Shown piece by piece: positions 26,121-37,493 of a stretch of 64,000 nucleotides of DNA; positions within the stretch are counted from its first letter, which is position 1; each line of letters opens with the position of its first letter. A program made the position numbers and the translations under genes. Under the pieces are notes generated by a model. It searched no databases. It saw only the letters and a list, made by a program, of their open reading frames with translations, and had not been told where the DNA came from. Origin of the DNA: Lama guanicoe. Lineage: Eukaryota. The stretch spans positions 10,778,873-10,842,872 of the forward strand of contig MU053881.1 in assembly GCA_013239625.1 (NCBI GenBank). Reading direction: 5' to 3'.

Positions 26121-27688
26121 AAGAGGTTGGCAAAACAAGGAAAGAACAAAAAAACAGAATTTTGGGTCCCTAAACAATGCTTTTTAAGAGGAGATTCCTT
26201 ACCACTTACAAACAGTAATTTCAAAAATACGTTTTTCATTGTTTTCTTTTCTCTTTCTCTCCTTTTCTCCTTTTCTTCCTTTCTTCCTCCTTTCTCTCTC
26301 TCTCTTGCTCTCATTTTTTTGGGGGGAGTGGGGGTGAAGATGGCCCTGAAGTGACAATATTCTTTCCCCACGGGCTCTACCCTCACCTCAAATGTAGATT
26401 TAAATGTTGATCTTTAGCTATACCTTCTTTTGTTATTAACAAATAAATGCCGAAATCACAGCCATGAAACTAACCAGAGAAAGAGGAGGGCAAGGAGAAT
26501 GGAAAGAAGGGAGCTGTTTCCTCCTTTAATGAAATCTGCAACAAAGTGTCAGGAAGAGCCTTCCTAAAATGCTTTACACAAGAGAGACGGTTTATTAAAG
26601 ATTGTGTTTCAGAATAAGCTAATTTGTACTATGTTCTTTACTTCAGATATCTCTATTAACTCATTCAAGCCCCAAGGGCACTATTTAGCAAATGCCTGCC
26701 CTAGTCAACTAGCTAAGTAATGCAAAGGAACTTTAGATGTAGCACAGGGGAAAAAAAAAGTTACAAGTACAGACTATAATTTTAGCCAGAAACTCCTAGT
26801 TCTCTTCTGCTTAATATTTTATCAAGTTTTCTTAGCTTTAAAATATTACTGTTTTCTCCTGCATCTGCTATTTTCAAGGAGATCCATTAATAAGGGATAA
26901 GGGAGTGAAAATGGAATAAGAAAGAATATTTTAAGGGAAACCTCCAGCTCAGGCTCTTTTGAGGTTAACTTCCTTCACTTCTCTGGGCATCTGATTTACT
27001 TTGACTTGGTAGTTCGGACCATCCTTCTTTGCAAACAATACCTATTCTGATCCATGTTAAAATAGGTAATTAGTGTTTGAATAGTTGCATTAAATATAAT
27101 CTCTACATTTATATGAAAAATATAAAACTAGTTTTTTTTTAAAACATAAAATATTACAATAATATATGACTTTTTTAATCAGTGACAATAGCCCAATCAC
27201 AAGCCAAGTTCCTTAGGCCCATTTTCATTCTCACAAGTTCTGACTTAAAAGATTGCAGCTAATTTTGAATATTAAAAATATTAAAATTATGAACACCTGG
27301 AGTAACATAGTTTCCACTATAACAGAATTTCTTAAAATAAAACTGTTAATTTATGTTATTTGAAAAAATGTTTTTAAGTGTTAATTTCCTTTGTATCCAG
27401 CTTTTAAATGACAAGCCAGAAGCTTACAGATTTTTCCAGCAATTTTTTTCTATTCCTACAACTCTTCCTGAGTCTCCCTCAAGCCACCCCAGATTGAATA
27501 TCTAGGCAATACATTATAATTCCATGTTCCCATTATAATTAACAAGAATCATTAGCAGACATTCATTATTCTCTAGGTCCATAAGGCTTTCTAGATGTAT
27601 TATTAGGCATTCTACTTATGGAAAGAAATCCTATTTTATTTACTTATCTCAATGTGGCTTCATTAATGTTCATGTAATTCAATTATTT

Positions 27689-27862
27689 AAAAATATTTTA
27701 TTTATTTATTATTGTATTGTTTAATTTTTTTTTTTTTTTGGTGGGGGAAGGGAGAGAGGTAATTATGTTTATTTATTTTTAGAGGAGGTACTGGGGATTG
27801 AACCCAGAACCTCGTGCATGCTAAGCATGAGCTCTACCACTGGAGCTATACCCTCCCCAACT
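27689..27862 (-). mobile_element. tRNA-derived SINE (camelid Vic-1-like)
   Basis: Reverse complement reads ggggagggtatagctccagtggtagagctcatgcttagcatgcacgaggttctgggttcaatcccc (Pol III A and B boxes) plus A-rich tail. TSD attcaattattt at 27677-27688 and 27863-27874. Confidence 0.92.
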
Positions 27863-28039
27863 ATTCAATTATTTTTAATTCATCACTATTGGGTGCTCAG
27901 ATTGTCCGAGATAGGAACAGAGAACGCATTTTCAAAATGGATCCTTATACACACCTACGTTTTTATCTGCCCAGTTTTATCCTCTCCTGCAAATTTCTCA
28001 GAAATGCTTTCCTCCCACTTCCATGTACTTAGTTCATGT

Positions 28040-28230
28040 GGAGCAGCCATGCTTTTGCAGTGGGATGCTGAGAAACTGGACATGGTTTATTGTTCTACGA
28101 ATGGGCATGTGGCCCAAACTAGAGAAATTAAAGTTACCTCCGCAGATGCCATGGGCTGACTTGTCAATGGGTGTGCATTAAACCCTAGCTGGGCCAATGG
28201 AATTTCGGCTCAGGATTTGGAAATGAAATT
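28040..28230 (+). mobile_element. Ancient ERVL/MaLR LTR fragment (MLT1K/LTR16-like)
   Basis: gggcatgtggcccaaact and ccctagctgggccaatggaatttc..ggatttgg motifs typical of old MaLR/ERVL LTRs. Confidence 0.45.
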
Positions 28231-29756
28231 AAATGATCCTAATTTCAACTCAGCAGGTCCCTTGAATAGAAGATGAATTAATTTTTCAGTAATGAGTGAC
28301 AAACACTTGGGCACAGTTTAATTTACCTTTTGAACACCCTGCCACAGTGCATACGTGACAAATACTATATCTCCCTTTAATGTTTCTTTATTTCTTGCTG
28401 CTAAACAAGACCTAGGCTGGCAGATGTTCAGTCTACAGTCCTTTGCCTTTAAATCCTGAAGATCCTTAATGCTCTTTACAAAGAGCCCTTAGGTAATATT
28501 CTTTACACTTATGATTTCTAGCTTACACTTTCCTAATCCTGTTCCTCATACTAACAGGACAACCACTGTGTATTTTTCCCTCCATCGTAAAATTCTATCC
28601 ATTCTTCCGGTTTGCCTGATTTAGAATATTCTTCCTGATGTCCTGTGCTCTGAAAGTGGAAGAGAAAACCAAAGCAGACCTGAATCCCACTCTAAGTCAA
28701 CAACTTGGGGCAGGGAAAGAAGTTACAGTCTTTGCTAAAGGAAATGTTGGTAGTGACAGCAAGAATCAGATGACACTGTTTTTTGGCCTTTTACTACTGT
28801 ATGAAATAGTAAAATACTATGTTACTAAAATACTATTGTATGAAATAATAAAATTGTATTACTATATTCATTTTGACTTCCCTTTTTGGCATTCACCTCT
28901 CCATATACCTTAGGAATAGCTAGCTATGCCTCACACTCCAGGAAAGAAGCTGATTGGCCTAATGTAATTCTCCTCAATATCTAGTGATTATTTCAGAGAT
29001 GTGAAGTTGACTAAATTGTAAGGTAAATCAGGTACAAGAAGATACGTGCTTAGAGCTTCTGGGAAAATAATTTCTCATATGTTTATGAAATCTACCTAGA
29101 TTGATAGCCTCTTCTTTCTGTATGTGAACAAGCAAAAATATAGCCACTACAGTCTTCTGAATGTGTCCTATAGAGGCAAGGAGCTAATATTAGGGTGAAT
29201 AATGTCTAGTATCAGGTTTCTTTGAAGATTTTACTATGTCACTGGATCAAGCCTCACCTGCAGTCCATTTTTCCTACCTCTATATATTTTAGTCAATCCC
29301 ATTTACTGTTGAAGCCACAAAGTGGGATTCTCTGTTACTTACAATGGAAAGTTTCTTGAAAGACTTCATACCAAATGTAGTTGTTTGGAGGATGGTATCA
29401 AATTGCACAATATTGATAAGGAACTTAATAATTATTGGTTCTATTTTTTCTTGGGTTAGAGGGAAAGGGAAAGCCAAAGGAAGAAAAGATTGATGCATTT
29501 AAATATCTACATTGGTTCATCTTGATGGAAAATTATTAGGATTATAGTTCTGCTCGTATCAGTGCCCCCAGAAGCAGAGAAAGAAAAATGTCAACCTGAT
29601 TAAAGCTATCACGAGAGAAGCAAATTTTGGATTTAAATTAGATAATTATGAGAGAAAAAGGAATATATAGGGAGTCAAAATACTCTAGTTCTGTGCTCTC
29701 AAGCCAGTTACACAAGGTTTTATTGGCTCCTGCTTAGAATGAATAAAAGTTTACAC

Positions 29757-29950
29757 CACTGCTTCTAAAATCTTAAATGTCAAAAGAAGTCTTTGAGGCA
29801 TTTATAAAAATGGTTTCACTTGATCTCCACCTTCAAATATATTTTTACTTAATTGTTTTGGGGTAGAGCCAAGGCATCTGCCTTTTTAGCAGCTTCCCCT
29901 GATTATTCTATTGCAGATGTTTCAAGAACCACATTTTACAAAATACTGCC
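29757..29950. mobile_element. MER5-like hAT-Charlie MITE
   Basis: ggggtagagccaaggcatctgcctttttagcagcttcccctgattattct..gaaccacattttacaaaatactgc. Confidence 0.7.
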
Positions 29951-31270
29951 TTCGAGAAATGTAGATGTTAACTTCTTTCTTTATACCCAAAGGATTCCAA
30001 CAGGGTCCCTCAACAGATGCCTTCCTGCCTAGGGCCTGGCTGAACTAAAGCATTCCAGGGAGAGGTGAGTTAACTTCCCGAGGCTTCTTCAAGGCTCTAG
30101 GCAATAATCAGTCAAACAGAAATTCAACATTTTAATGAAGAGAAGGAACAAGGCAGCATATTCCTCTTCTATGCAGCAAACCTGAACCCAAACTGTAGAC
30201 CCTTGAAAGGAGAGTTTTGGTGAGGACCAAGGCCCTTCCCCTTAAACAGTGAGAAGGGGCTTTGTGTCCTGCTTTGCTTGGTCTTCATTTAACTGTCTAA
30301 TTAATTTACAAGAGAATATCAAGATTGGAAATTCTGTCACTTAATTGTAGAAAGGAACCAAAAGAAATGTGAATGATGTGCCAAGGACAAAGGTTACAGG
30401 AATTACAAAAGTTACTGCTACAAGTTGAAACCTGAAACACTAACCTCAAGATACATTTTAAACTTCAGGGAAAGGGTTATTTACACTCTTGCAAAGAGTT
30501 CTTATGAAAATATGATAGCAAACTGTGCTTTGGTTCTTTCTCTGAAAAATCCGGATTAGCAGTTTATCTTACAGTGCCTATTTTTATATTGTTTCCACTG
30601 TAAGTAACATTTATTTTTTTAAAAAACATTAGCAAATAAAAAAATAGAATTAAAGGAAAATAAAATTACTCATGGTCTCATTCCAAAAAATCATAAAATT
30701 AAATTTTGGGAGAGTTACTTATTTAACAAAAAGTAACTCATCCTACATAAAAGAAATCTGCTATCAAGTGATAATTTTTTACTTTCATCTTTAAAGTTAG
30801 CATGAACTTGTAGGGGGAAAAAGGAGACGACAGTTGTCGAATTTACTATTTTTTTAAAAAAATTAACAAAACATTTCAATGATTACATTTTTAAACAGGT
30901 GGAAGGTAGCTTGATATTCCTCTGCCACTTTCTCCGTCACCACACTGGTTTTGCACGAAAGAGGGAACTAAGAAAACTGGTCTCAAAGTTAACAAAGACA
31001 AGAAGAAAAAAATTAAAATGGTTGATTTCTTCTAATTGAAAAGTCTCACTGTTTTTCCTGAACTTTAAGGGGGATCAAAAAAAACACAAGGATGACCTCA
31101 GGCCCTCCAGGGCTAGAGGCACCTACAGATTGGAAGTGGGTGCGAAGGAGTCACAAAAAGCCTTACCTAGCAGATTAGGGGTCTTCAAAAACAGACATGA
31201 GAGCAAGCAGGCAGTGGCTAACGAGGACACAGCTTTCCTCTTTGATCAAGGACTGTATCTTGTATTTTTC

Positions 31271-31304
31271 TCAGCCCCCTGGTGCCGCTTAGCAGAGCAC
31301 TGCA
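31271..31304 (-). promoter_or_regulatory. Candidate CTCF site with upstream motif
   Basis: Minus strand tgcagtgctc-tgctaa-gcggcaccagggggctga: close to the core CCACCAGGGGGCGC, plus a TGCAG-type upstream motif. Confidence 0.55.
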
Positions 31305-33085
31305 TCTATGCATTCTCTGTAAATATGTGACCATAGACTAGTATCAGCATCATTGAACAGATGGAACTCCTGCAATAAACCCTTCGTATTGTGGCTAAGC
31401 TATTTTCTGGATATAAACCATTTTTGGACCCATGAATTCAAGTGTTATCAAAACATCCCCTTTGTAAGATTAGAAAAGGAGACAAAACGCTACTTATAAC
31501 CATGAAACAGCTTCAATCTTTTCCATCCTTCTTTCTACAGTAACATAGAGATTTTAGGGAGAGAATAATCTTTCTTAACTAGGAGCGGGTTATATTTGGA
31601 GTGGGTTAGACTTTAATACTTCCCCCCCCTTTTTATACTCTTTCTCTAAAATCAGAAATTGCCTTTACATGGTGATTTTTTTCTTTTTACCTGCCCAAAT
31701 AGTCCTAAAACCACTACTAAGAAAATGCTTACATATATAAAATTGCTACCTTGGGTTGGATCAATTATGGAAGAAAAGCTATCATTCTCATACCCTTAAA
31801 AATGACATTTTCAACTGCCTCACACAGAGCCTGCCCCAGGGGGTTCTTGGAGACTCTGAAGAAAAAAATTATCCATTTTCATTTCTTAAAATTTTATAAG
31901 TATGAGGCAGATTTCCCTTAAATCTCTTCACCAAAAATTGCAAAAATAATCTGCTATGACTTTGTACTCATGAAATAATGCTCAGTCACACTTCCTTCCT
32001 GGTCAGGAATATATTATTTTTGATGTAAGACCTACCCATAGGCATTCATGTGCATTCTTGGAAAAGGGTAAAATTGAAAAAAAGGACTGTACATAATTTA
32101 CTAAAGTAAATGAATTCAGGTTAAATAGTGATAACGAAGGGAAGGGTTATGAGAAGGAAAGGAAATTGGATATAAATAAATTTAGTTAATTTTTACATCA
32201 GGACTTGACTGAAGAAATTAGACAAGGAACACATTAATAAAATATTAATTGGTAATATTTAATGTCTAAAAATTGTGTTATGTATTAATTCTCTAATTGA
32301 AAAAGAGAAAATAGAAATGATACAGTCTGAGCGAAGCTTAGATATCATGTGTAGAAAAAACAAAACAAAATAAAGTTTCTCTTTTCAAACAGCTTTGGGG
32401 TTCAGTGAATTCTACTTATTCTACGCTAATCAGGATATATTTACTATACTAAAGTCTTCTGAGGAATCCTGAAGGAAATAAACATTTAACTGTATCCAAG
32501 TACTTGCCAAGCCTGATTATGGACTGTGTTTTTGATGAAACATCAAAAACACGATTTGTGCAGCTAATTCTGTGGTCCATGGTTTGGTAAACACTGAACT
32601 AGAATGATACCCATATTAATAGATGCAGAAATTGACAGTTAGGGTGCCTCCTCAACCACAGTTATAGGGGCATTTAAACAAGTCAGTAATACGGCAAAAT
32701 AACACAGGCTAAAACTTCCATGTCCCATTAATTAAACCAGACATTGTATTAAAATATATGAATTTCACCAGATGTCTTGGCTCAGAAATTTTTTACTACT
32801 AATCTCTCTACTAGTCTCAATGTTAGATAGATAGTTACATACAAATAAATCTTGTATTAGAGATAAATTATATTCTTCAGCAAAAGCTAAGATACTGAAT
32901 GTGTTTGGTAGAAGCAAAATGAATTAAAGCCACTGAGGTCTAGGCAGATATCATGGCAGGTGAGAACGTGAAAACGAGACTACAGTGTGTCCACACACTT
33001 TTAAAGAGAAGAATGAATGATGCGAGTGGAGAGCTCCAGGTGGACGAGAGCAGGAAGCACGATGAAAAGCTGCAAATATGGTCCT

Positions 33086-34260
33086 TGATGGGGTTCAAGA
33101 AATGCTACCCCAAAATATGCCACCTTGGCATGCTGAATATTTCAAGCTGAAGGAATCTGAAAAATAGCAAGTGCAGGAAAGAATTTCTGAACTCTGCTAG
33201 CCCTCTCCCCTGAAGACCCTCATATTGTTAGAGCAGGCAGATAACTAGGTATGAGCAGAAAAGGGGAACATACACCAAATGGCAGGATTTGGGCAGAAAG
33301 GAGGGGCACAGGCCAAATACAGAAAAACATACATTATGGAGGCACTAGGGGTCCCGGGGCAGAGAAAGAAAAGCAGGAACTTTTGGGTTGATAAGGGGTC
33401 ACATCTTTTGGGATGATGAGTGGCCTGGAGGCCGACAAAGAAAGGTGAGAAAAGGCAGGAATCTCCAGTGTCCGAATGTAACCTTTTGCTTATTATGCCC
33501 TCATTTCAATAAAATTAGCCTTGCAGATCAGAAGTACCCATCATGCACCGAGGCCATGACACTTCCGATTCAGAGTAAATAAGGACAAAAATTCCTCCTC
33601 CCTTCGGGAAGGTGGAGTTGGGATGATAATCAGGGAATACGACCCCAAACCCTTCCCTCCCCAATGAATATTCCGCCCATTCATTTTTACACCCTATATA
33701 ATAACTTGCCAAAGAAACTCAGGGCAGCCACTCAACTGAGCCTGCCTGCTCTTCTCCTGAGAGTGTACTATTCATCCTTTAATAAATCCTCACTTTACTT
33801 TTTTTAACCACTACGTCTTGTCTCTGAATTCTTTCTGGGGGGGGACAAGAACCTGCAACACTGGTTGCATCCACCGGCAACAATATGAGAGGTGCCCTCC
33901 CTATGCCCAGAGAAAAAGAGCATCCTTATATTGGAAGATGGAGGGATACCGAGAGGAATGTGAACAGATAGGCGTTACTGAGTTTCCCTCAGTTTACAAC
34001 CATGAGCCCATTCTCTTTTGATATTTTCACATTTTCACATTTTCCCCTGACTTCCCACTCTGGATCTCAGCCAGCATAAACGTGTTCAGGCTTAACTGTA
34101 TCTGCAAACCTTCATTTCCTCATTAAGGCTCTTGTGTCACATAAAATTTGTATTAAACAAATGTGTGTGCTTTTCTCTTATTAATCTTTCATCAGTCCAA
34201 TTGATAGGGTTCCAGCCAGGGAACCTATGACCAGGAGAGAAAGATTTTCCCTCCCCTACA
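33086..34260 (+). mobile_element. MER34-family ERV1 solo LTR, split by a younger LTR
   Basis: tgatggggttcaagaaatgctaccccaaaatatgccaccttggcatg..agctgaagg.. to ..ttttccctcccctaca. The halves rejoin (gaccctcatat|gagaggtgccctccct) when 33226-33886 is removed. Confidence 0.8.
33226..33882 (+). mobile_element. Younger ERV solo LTR (657 bp, probably ERV1 class)
   Basis: TGTT...AACA inverted termini; 4-bp TSD atat (33222-33225, 33883-33886); CCAAT 33661, GC box 33673, TATA-like 33695, AATAAA 33781. Confidence 0.85.
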
Positions 34261-34884
34261 CACTCCCCATTACCTCAATTACTAGGCTCCCTCTTCGTGT
34301 TAATAATAGAAGAATTAAAAATGCTACATCACATCAACTACAGAATGGGACATGGTATTATATCTAACCTAACTGGTTTTTAAGTTTACAGGAAGCACGG
34401 CATAGAGTCTGAAAGAGGTTTACATAAAGGATAGGCATTATCTTGGTCCACAAAGGCATTTCACAGGGGCTCTGAGCTTTGCCAGCCTCTTGAGCATCAC
34501 TTACCTGGGTCTGCTAATGTGGCTGTCACTGGTGTAAGTAAGAAGCATTGCTATAATTCCACATTGTTTCACCTCCTGTCTAGGGGGAACTCCCAGAACT
34601 GACCACTGCTGTGACTCTGGTAAAGTGACTTCAGTTATCAGCAATTATAGCAGCTTCAGTCCATAATTATTTCCCTTTGCCCTTGATGCTACCAAGGAAG
34701 TCGTTCTAGACCAAAGAGGTTATAGAACCAGATATCAAAATCATCTTGTCTCTCTAGCCCTAACTACATTTTGGTTCTACAGTTATAAAAGCTCAGATCC
34801 CAATGAAATCAGCTAGCTTCTATAAGACTTTGACAAATGGCAGCTCCTTAACTACGCTTGGTAATACAGAACAGTGTTCAGTAA

Positions 34885-35110
34885 ATAGAATAGTGAACAT
34901 CTGTGTGTTATTCGCTAGCACATTATATGAATTATATTCTTAAATTCTTGTACGATTCAGTGAGATGGGTACTACTATTAATATACACTTATCCCCAAAG
35001 AAATCTCTGAAATACACAGAAAGGCATAATTTGCCCAATTATCATAGCTACAGAGAGTAGTCAGTTTTCAAACAGAAACAGTTTGACTCTAGAGCTTGTC
35101 GGCATACACA
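34885..35110 (-). mobile_element. MIR fragment
   Basis: cagtgagatgggtactactatt..cataatttgcccaattatcatagcta..cagtttgactctagagc. Confidence 0.6.
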
Positions 35111-35120
35111 TTATCCTGCG

Positions 35121-35606
35121 TGAATTATTTTTCTGTGACTGCTGTTCACAAATCCCCACACACGTGGTTGTTTAAAACAACAAGTATCCATTCCCTCATG
35201 GGCCTGGAGGCCAGACATCCGGGGTTCGTATCACCAGGCTGATAGCTGGGTGTCAGCACGGGGGGCTCCCTCTGGAGGCTCTAGTGGAGAACCCCTGCCT
35301 TGCCCCTTGCAGCTTCTGGCAGCTGCTGGCCTTCCTTGGCAGGTGGCTGCCCGGCTCCTCGCTCTGCTTCCATGATCACATTATCTTCTCCAATTCTGTC
35401 TCTGAAGCCTCCCTCTGCCTCCCTCCTAGCTGAACATTTGTGATGACATTTAAAGCCCCTGAGATCACCCAGGATAACCCCTCCATCTCAAAATCATTCA
35501 CTTAGGTTATAATAACTGCAAATAACCTTAGTCCATGTGAGGTAGCATTTACTGGTGCCAGGGGTTAAGACACAATACCTTTATGGACATTATTCAACCG
35601 CCCACA
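35121..35606 (-). mobile_element. MaLR solo LTR, MLT1B/C-like
   Basis: ttaaaacaacaag..ctggaggccagacatcc..ctccctctggaggctctagtggagaa..gcagcttctgg..caggataacccctccatctcaaaatc..cattattcaaccgcccaca. Confidence 0.85.
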
Positions 35607-36164
35607 AAAATACGTTCTATCACATGCCTTATGCATCTCTAACTTAAGACTCTAATGACGTCAACAACAATCACTTTCCTTCAGTCAGTTAGGAAGAAAG
35701 CATAAAGACTGGTGAAGTTGTTCTTACCCTGTGTTTGGTAGAGAGACTACATTGGGCAGTAGACGAAGTTAACAAAGGGGGTTTTTAACAAATTCCCCAA
35801 GAAGAATAGAAAAGATGGACCTGGATTTCCTTTCCAGCAGGCTAAACCCAGAGCTTCATACCTAATGAATAAGGTGACAAAGCAAGGGATTTTGGAATAT
35901 CCAAACACAGCATGCTACTTGGGATGATTCAAAAAAAATCTAGCCAGGCAATCCTACATGACATTAGCCAAAATAAGAGATAGAGAAGCAAGGTAAAGTA
36001 AACAATTTTGGAAAAGAGGGTAGGTGTAAAGGCTGGACATAATCTCTGAGACACTGGAGAATAGCTCTGAGTCTTTTTTAGAACAAAGGTGGAGGCTGAG
36101 GGCAGGATAAAGAAAGTGGAAACGAGTAGGAAAACAAAAGTGGGAAGAAGCAGTCTGGGAAGTG

Positions 36165-36400
36165 AATTCAGTGCTTCTTATCTTTGTTAGTGGCACCAAC
36201 ATCTATTCAATTTCTCCAAAAACAAACCTGGGAGTCATACTGTGGCGTCTTCCTCTCTCTCTCCATCTATATCCAATCCATCCCCCAGGACTGTGGATTT
36301 TAGCTCTGAAACAGCTCTCAAACCCATTTATCATCCACACTGTCTTTCCTATGCTAAGAATATCTCTTGCCAGGATAATTTTAACAGTCTCCTAGAAAGC
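36165..36400 (+). mobile_element. L2 fragment
   Basis: tggcaccaacatctattcaattt..aaacctgggagtcatac..atccaatccatcccc..tgtggattttagctc. Confidence 0.65.
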
Positions 36401-37345
36401 ATTCAAAGTGAGGCACAGTCTATCCTTTATTGATATATTAGAAGCTCAATGTATGTCGTACAGCTTAATAAACTGGAGTGGTTATAGTCCCCAAACAGTT
36501 GAACAAGAATCCTCTAGTAATACTTGACGTTCAGAAGAAGAACATTTTTCAATTCAGATATAAACTACTATGTGAAAATTAAAATTAAGGAGAAGTTAGA
36601 TGTGAACATCATGAGAAATGGCACCAAAAATACGTGAAAACACATTGTTATAATATTAAACTAATGTTTTCTCCTCAAAAAAAAAAACCCATTAAAAATA
36701 AGGAAGGGTGAGCTTGTGCCCTTTGTAGAAATTTATTATATGATTTGCTAAATTATATTAAGCTCCTGCAAGAAATGACACATATGGGATGACTTTCTAT
36801 TTGAATTTTTGTTTCTTCTACCAGGGTTCATCAAGCTGTTTCATATTTATTTCTCTGATTAATGATATGTCAAAATTCTAATTCTAGTACCAATTTATGG
36901 TGTGTTGGCAACTGGAGAATAAAACAGCAATGCAAACAACAGGCAAAATTGACTTGTATCCATCTTCTTTGAATTCCAGTAAATGTTTCCCAAATGTGCT
37001 TTTCTGTTTCAACCAAACGAAACAGTATAGTCCTATTTCTCTCAATTAATTCTCTCAATTAATTATGTTACTTCTGAGAGTCAAGAATTTCTTAAAGCAC
37101 AACAGTATGGCTGGATGATATGATATAATGTGTTAGTCATTTTGAATTAGAGGTTGCATATTTAAGAGTTTCTATTATTAAGTTTCCTCATTCATAAAGA
37201 CACACCAAATCTTTAAAAGGTTATTTAGTGCAAATGGGTTTCATAGGAATCTTTAAAATGAACATGAATGCTCTGAATTAATAAGAAGTGAAATACAATG
37301 GGATGATTATATTGCATGTGGAGTCAATCAGAAAATGAGAAAAGA

Positions 37346-37493
37346 GGGGGGAAGGTATAGCTCAGAGGTTGAATGCACGCTTAGCATACATGAAGTCCTG
37401 GGTTCAATCCTCAGTCCCGCCATCAAAATAAATAAATAAACCTAATTACCTTCCCCTAAGATTAAAAAAAAATTAAAAAGTAGGTTAAAAAAA
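37346..37493 (+). mobile_element. tRNA-derived SINE (camelid Vic-1-like)
   Basis: ggggggaaggtatagctcagaggttgaatgcacgcttagcatacatgaagtcctgggttcaatcc, with B box ggttcaatcc at 37401-37410, then aaataaataaacctaattacc and A tail. Confidence 0.92.

Noticed and set aside
35656..35663. Perfect CRE TGACGTCA
   Set aside because: An isolated 8-mer with no supporting context; plausible by chance in 64 kb.
37037..37062. 13-bp tandem duplication ttctctcaattaa x2 (similar short duplication at ~28793-28852)
   Set aside because: Ordinary slippage duplications; only two units and no spacers, so not a CRISPR-like array.
37346..37420. tRNA-like sequence with A and B boxes
   Set aside because: It is a SINE head: followed by SINE body and A tail, with two diverged siblings in the window.
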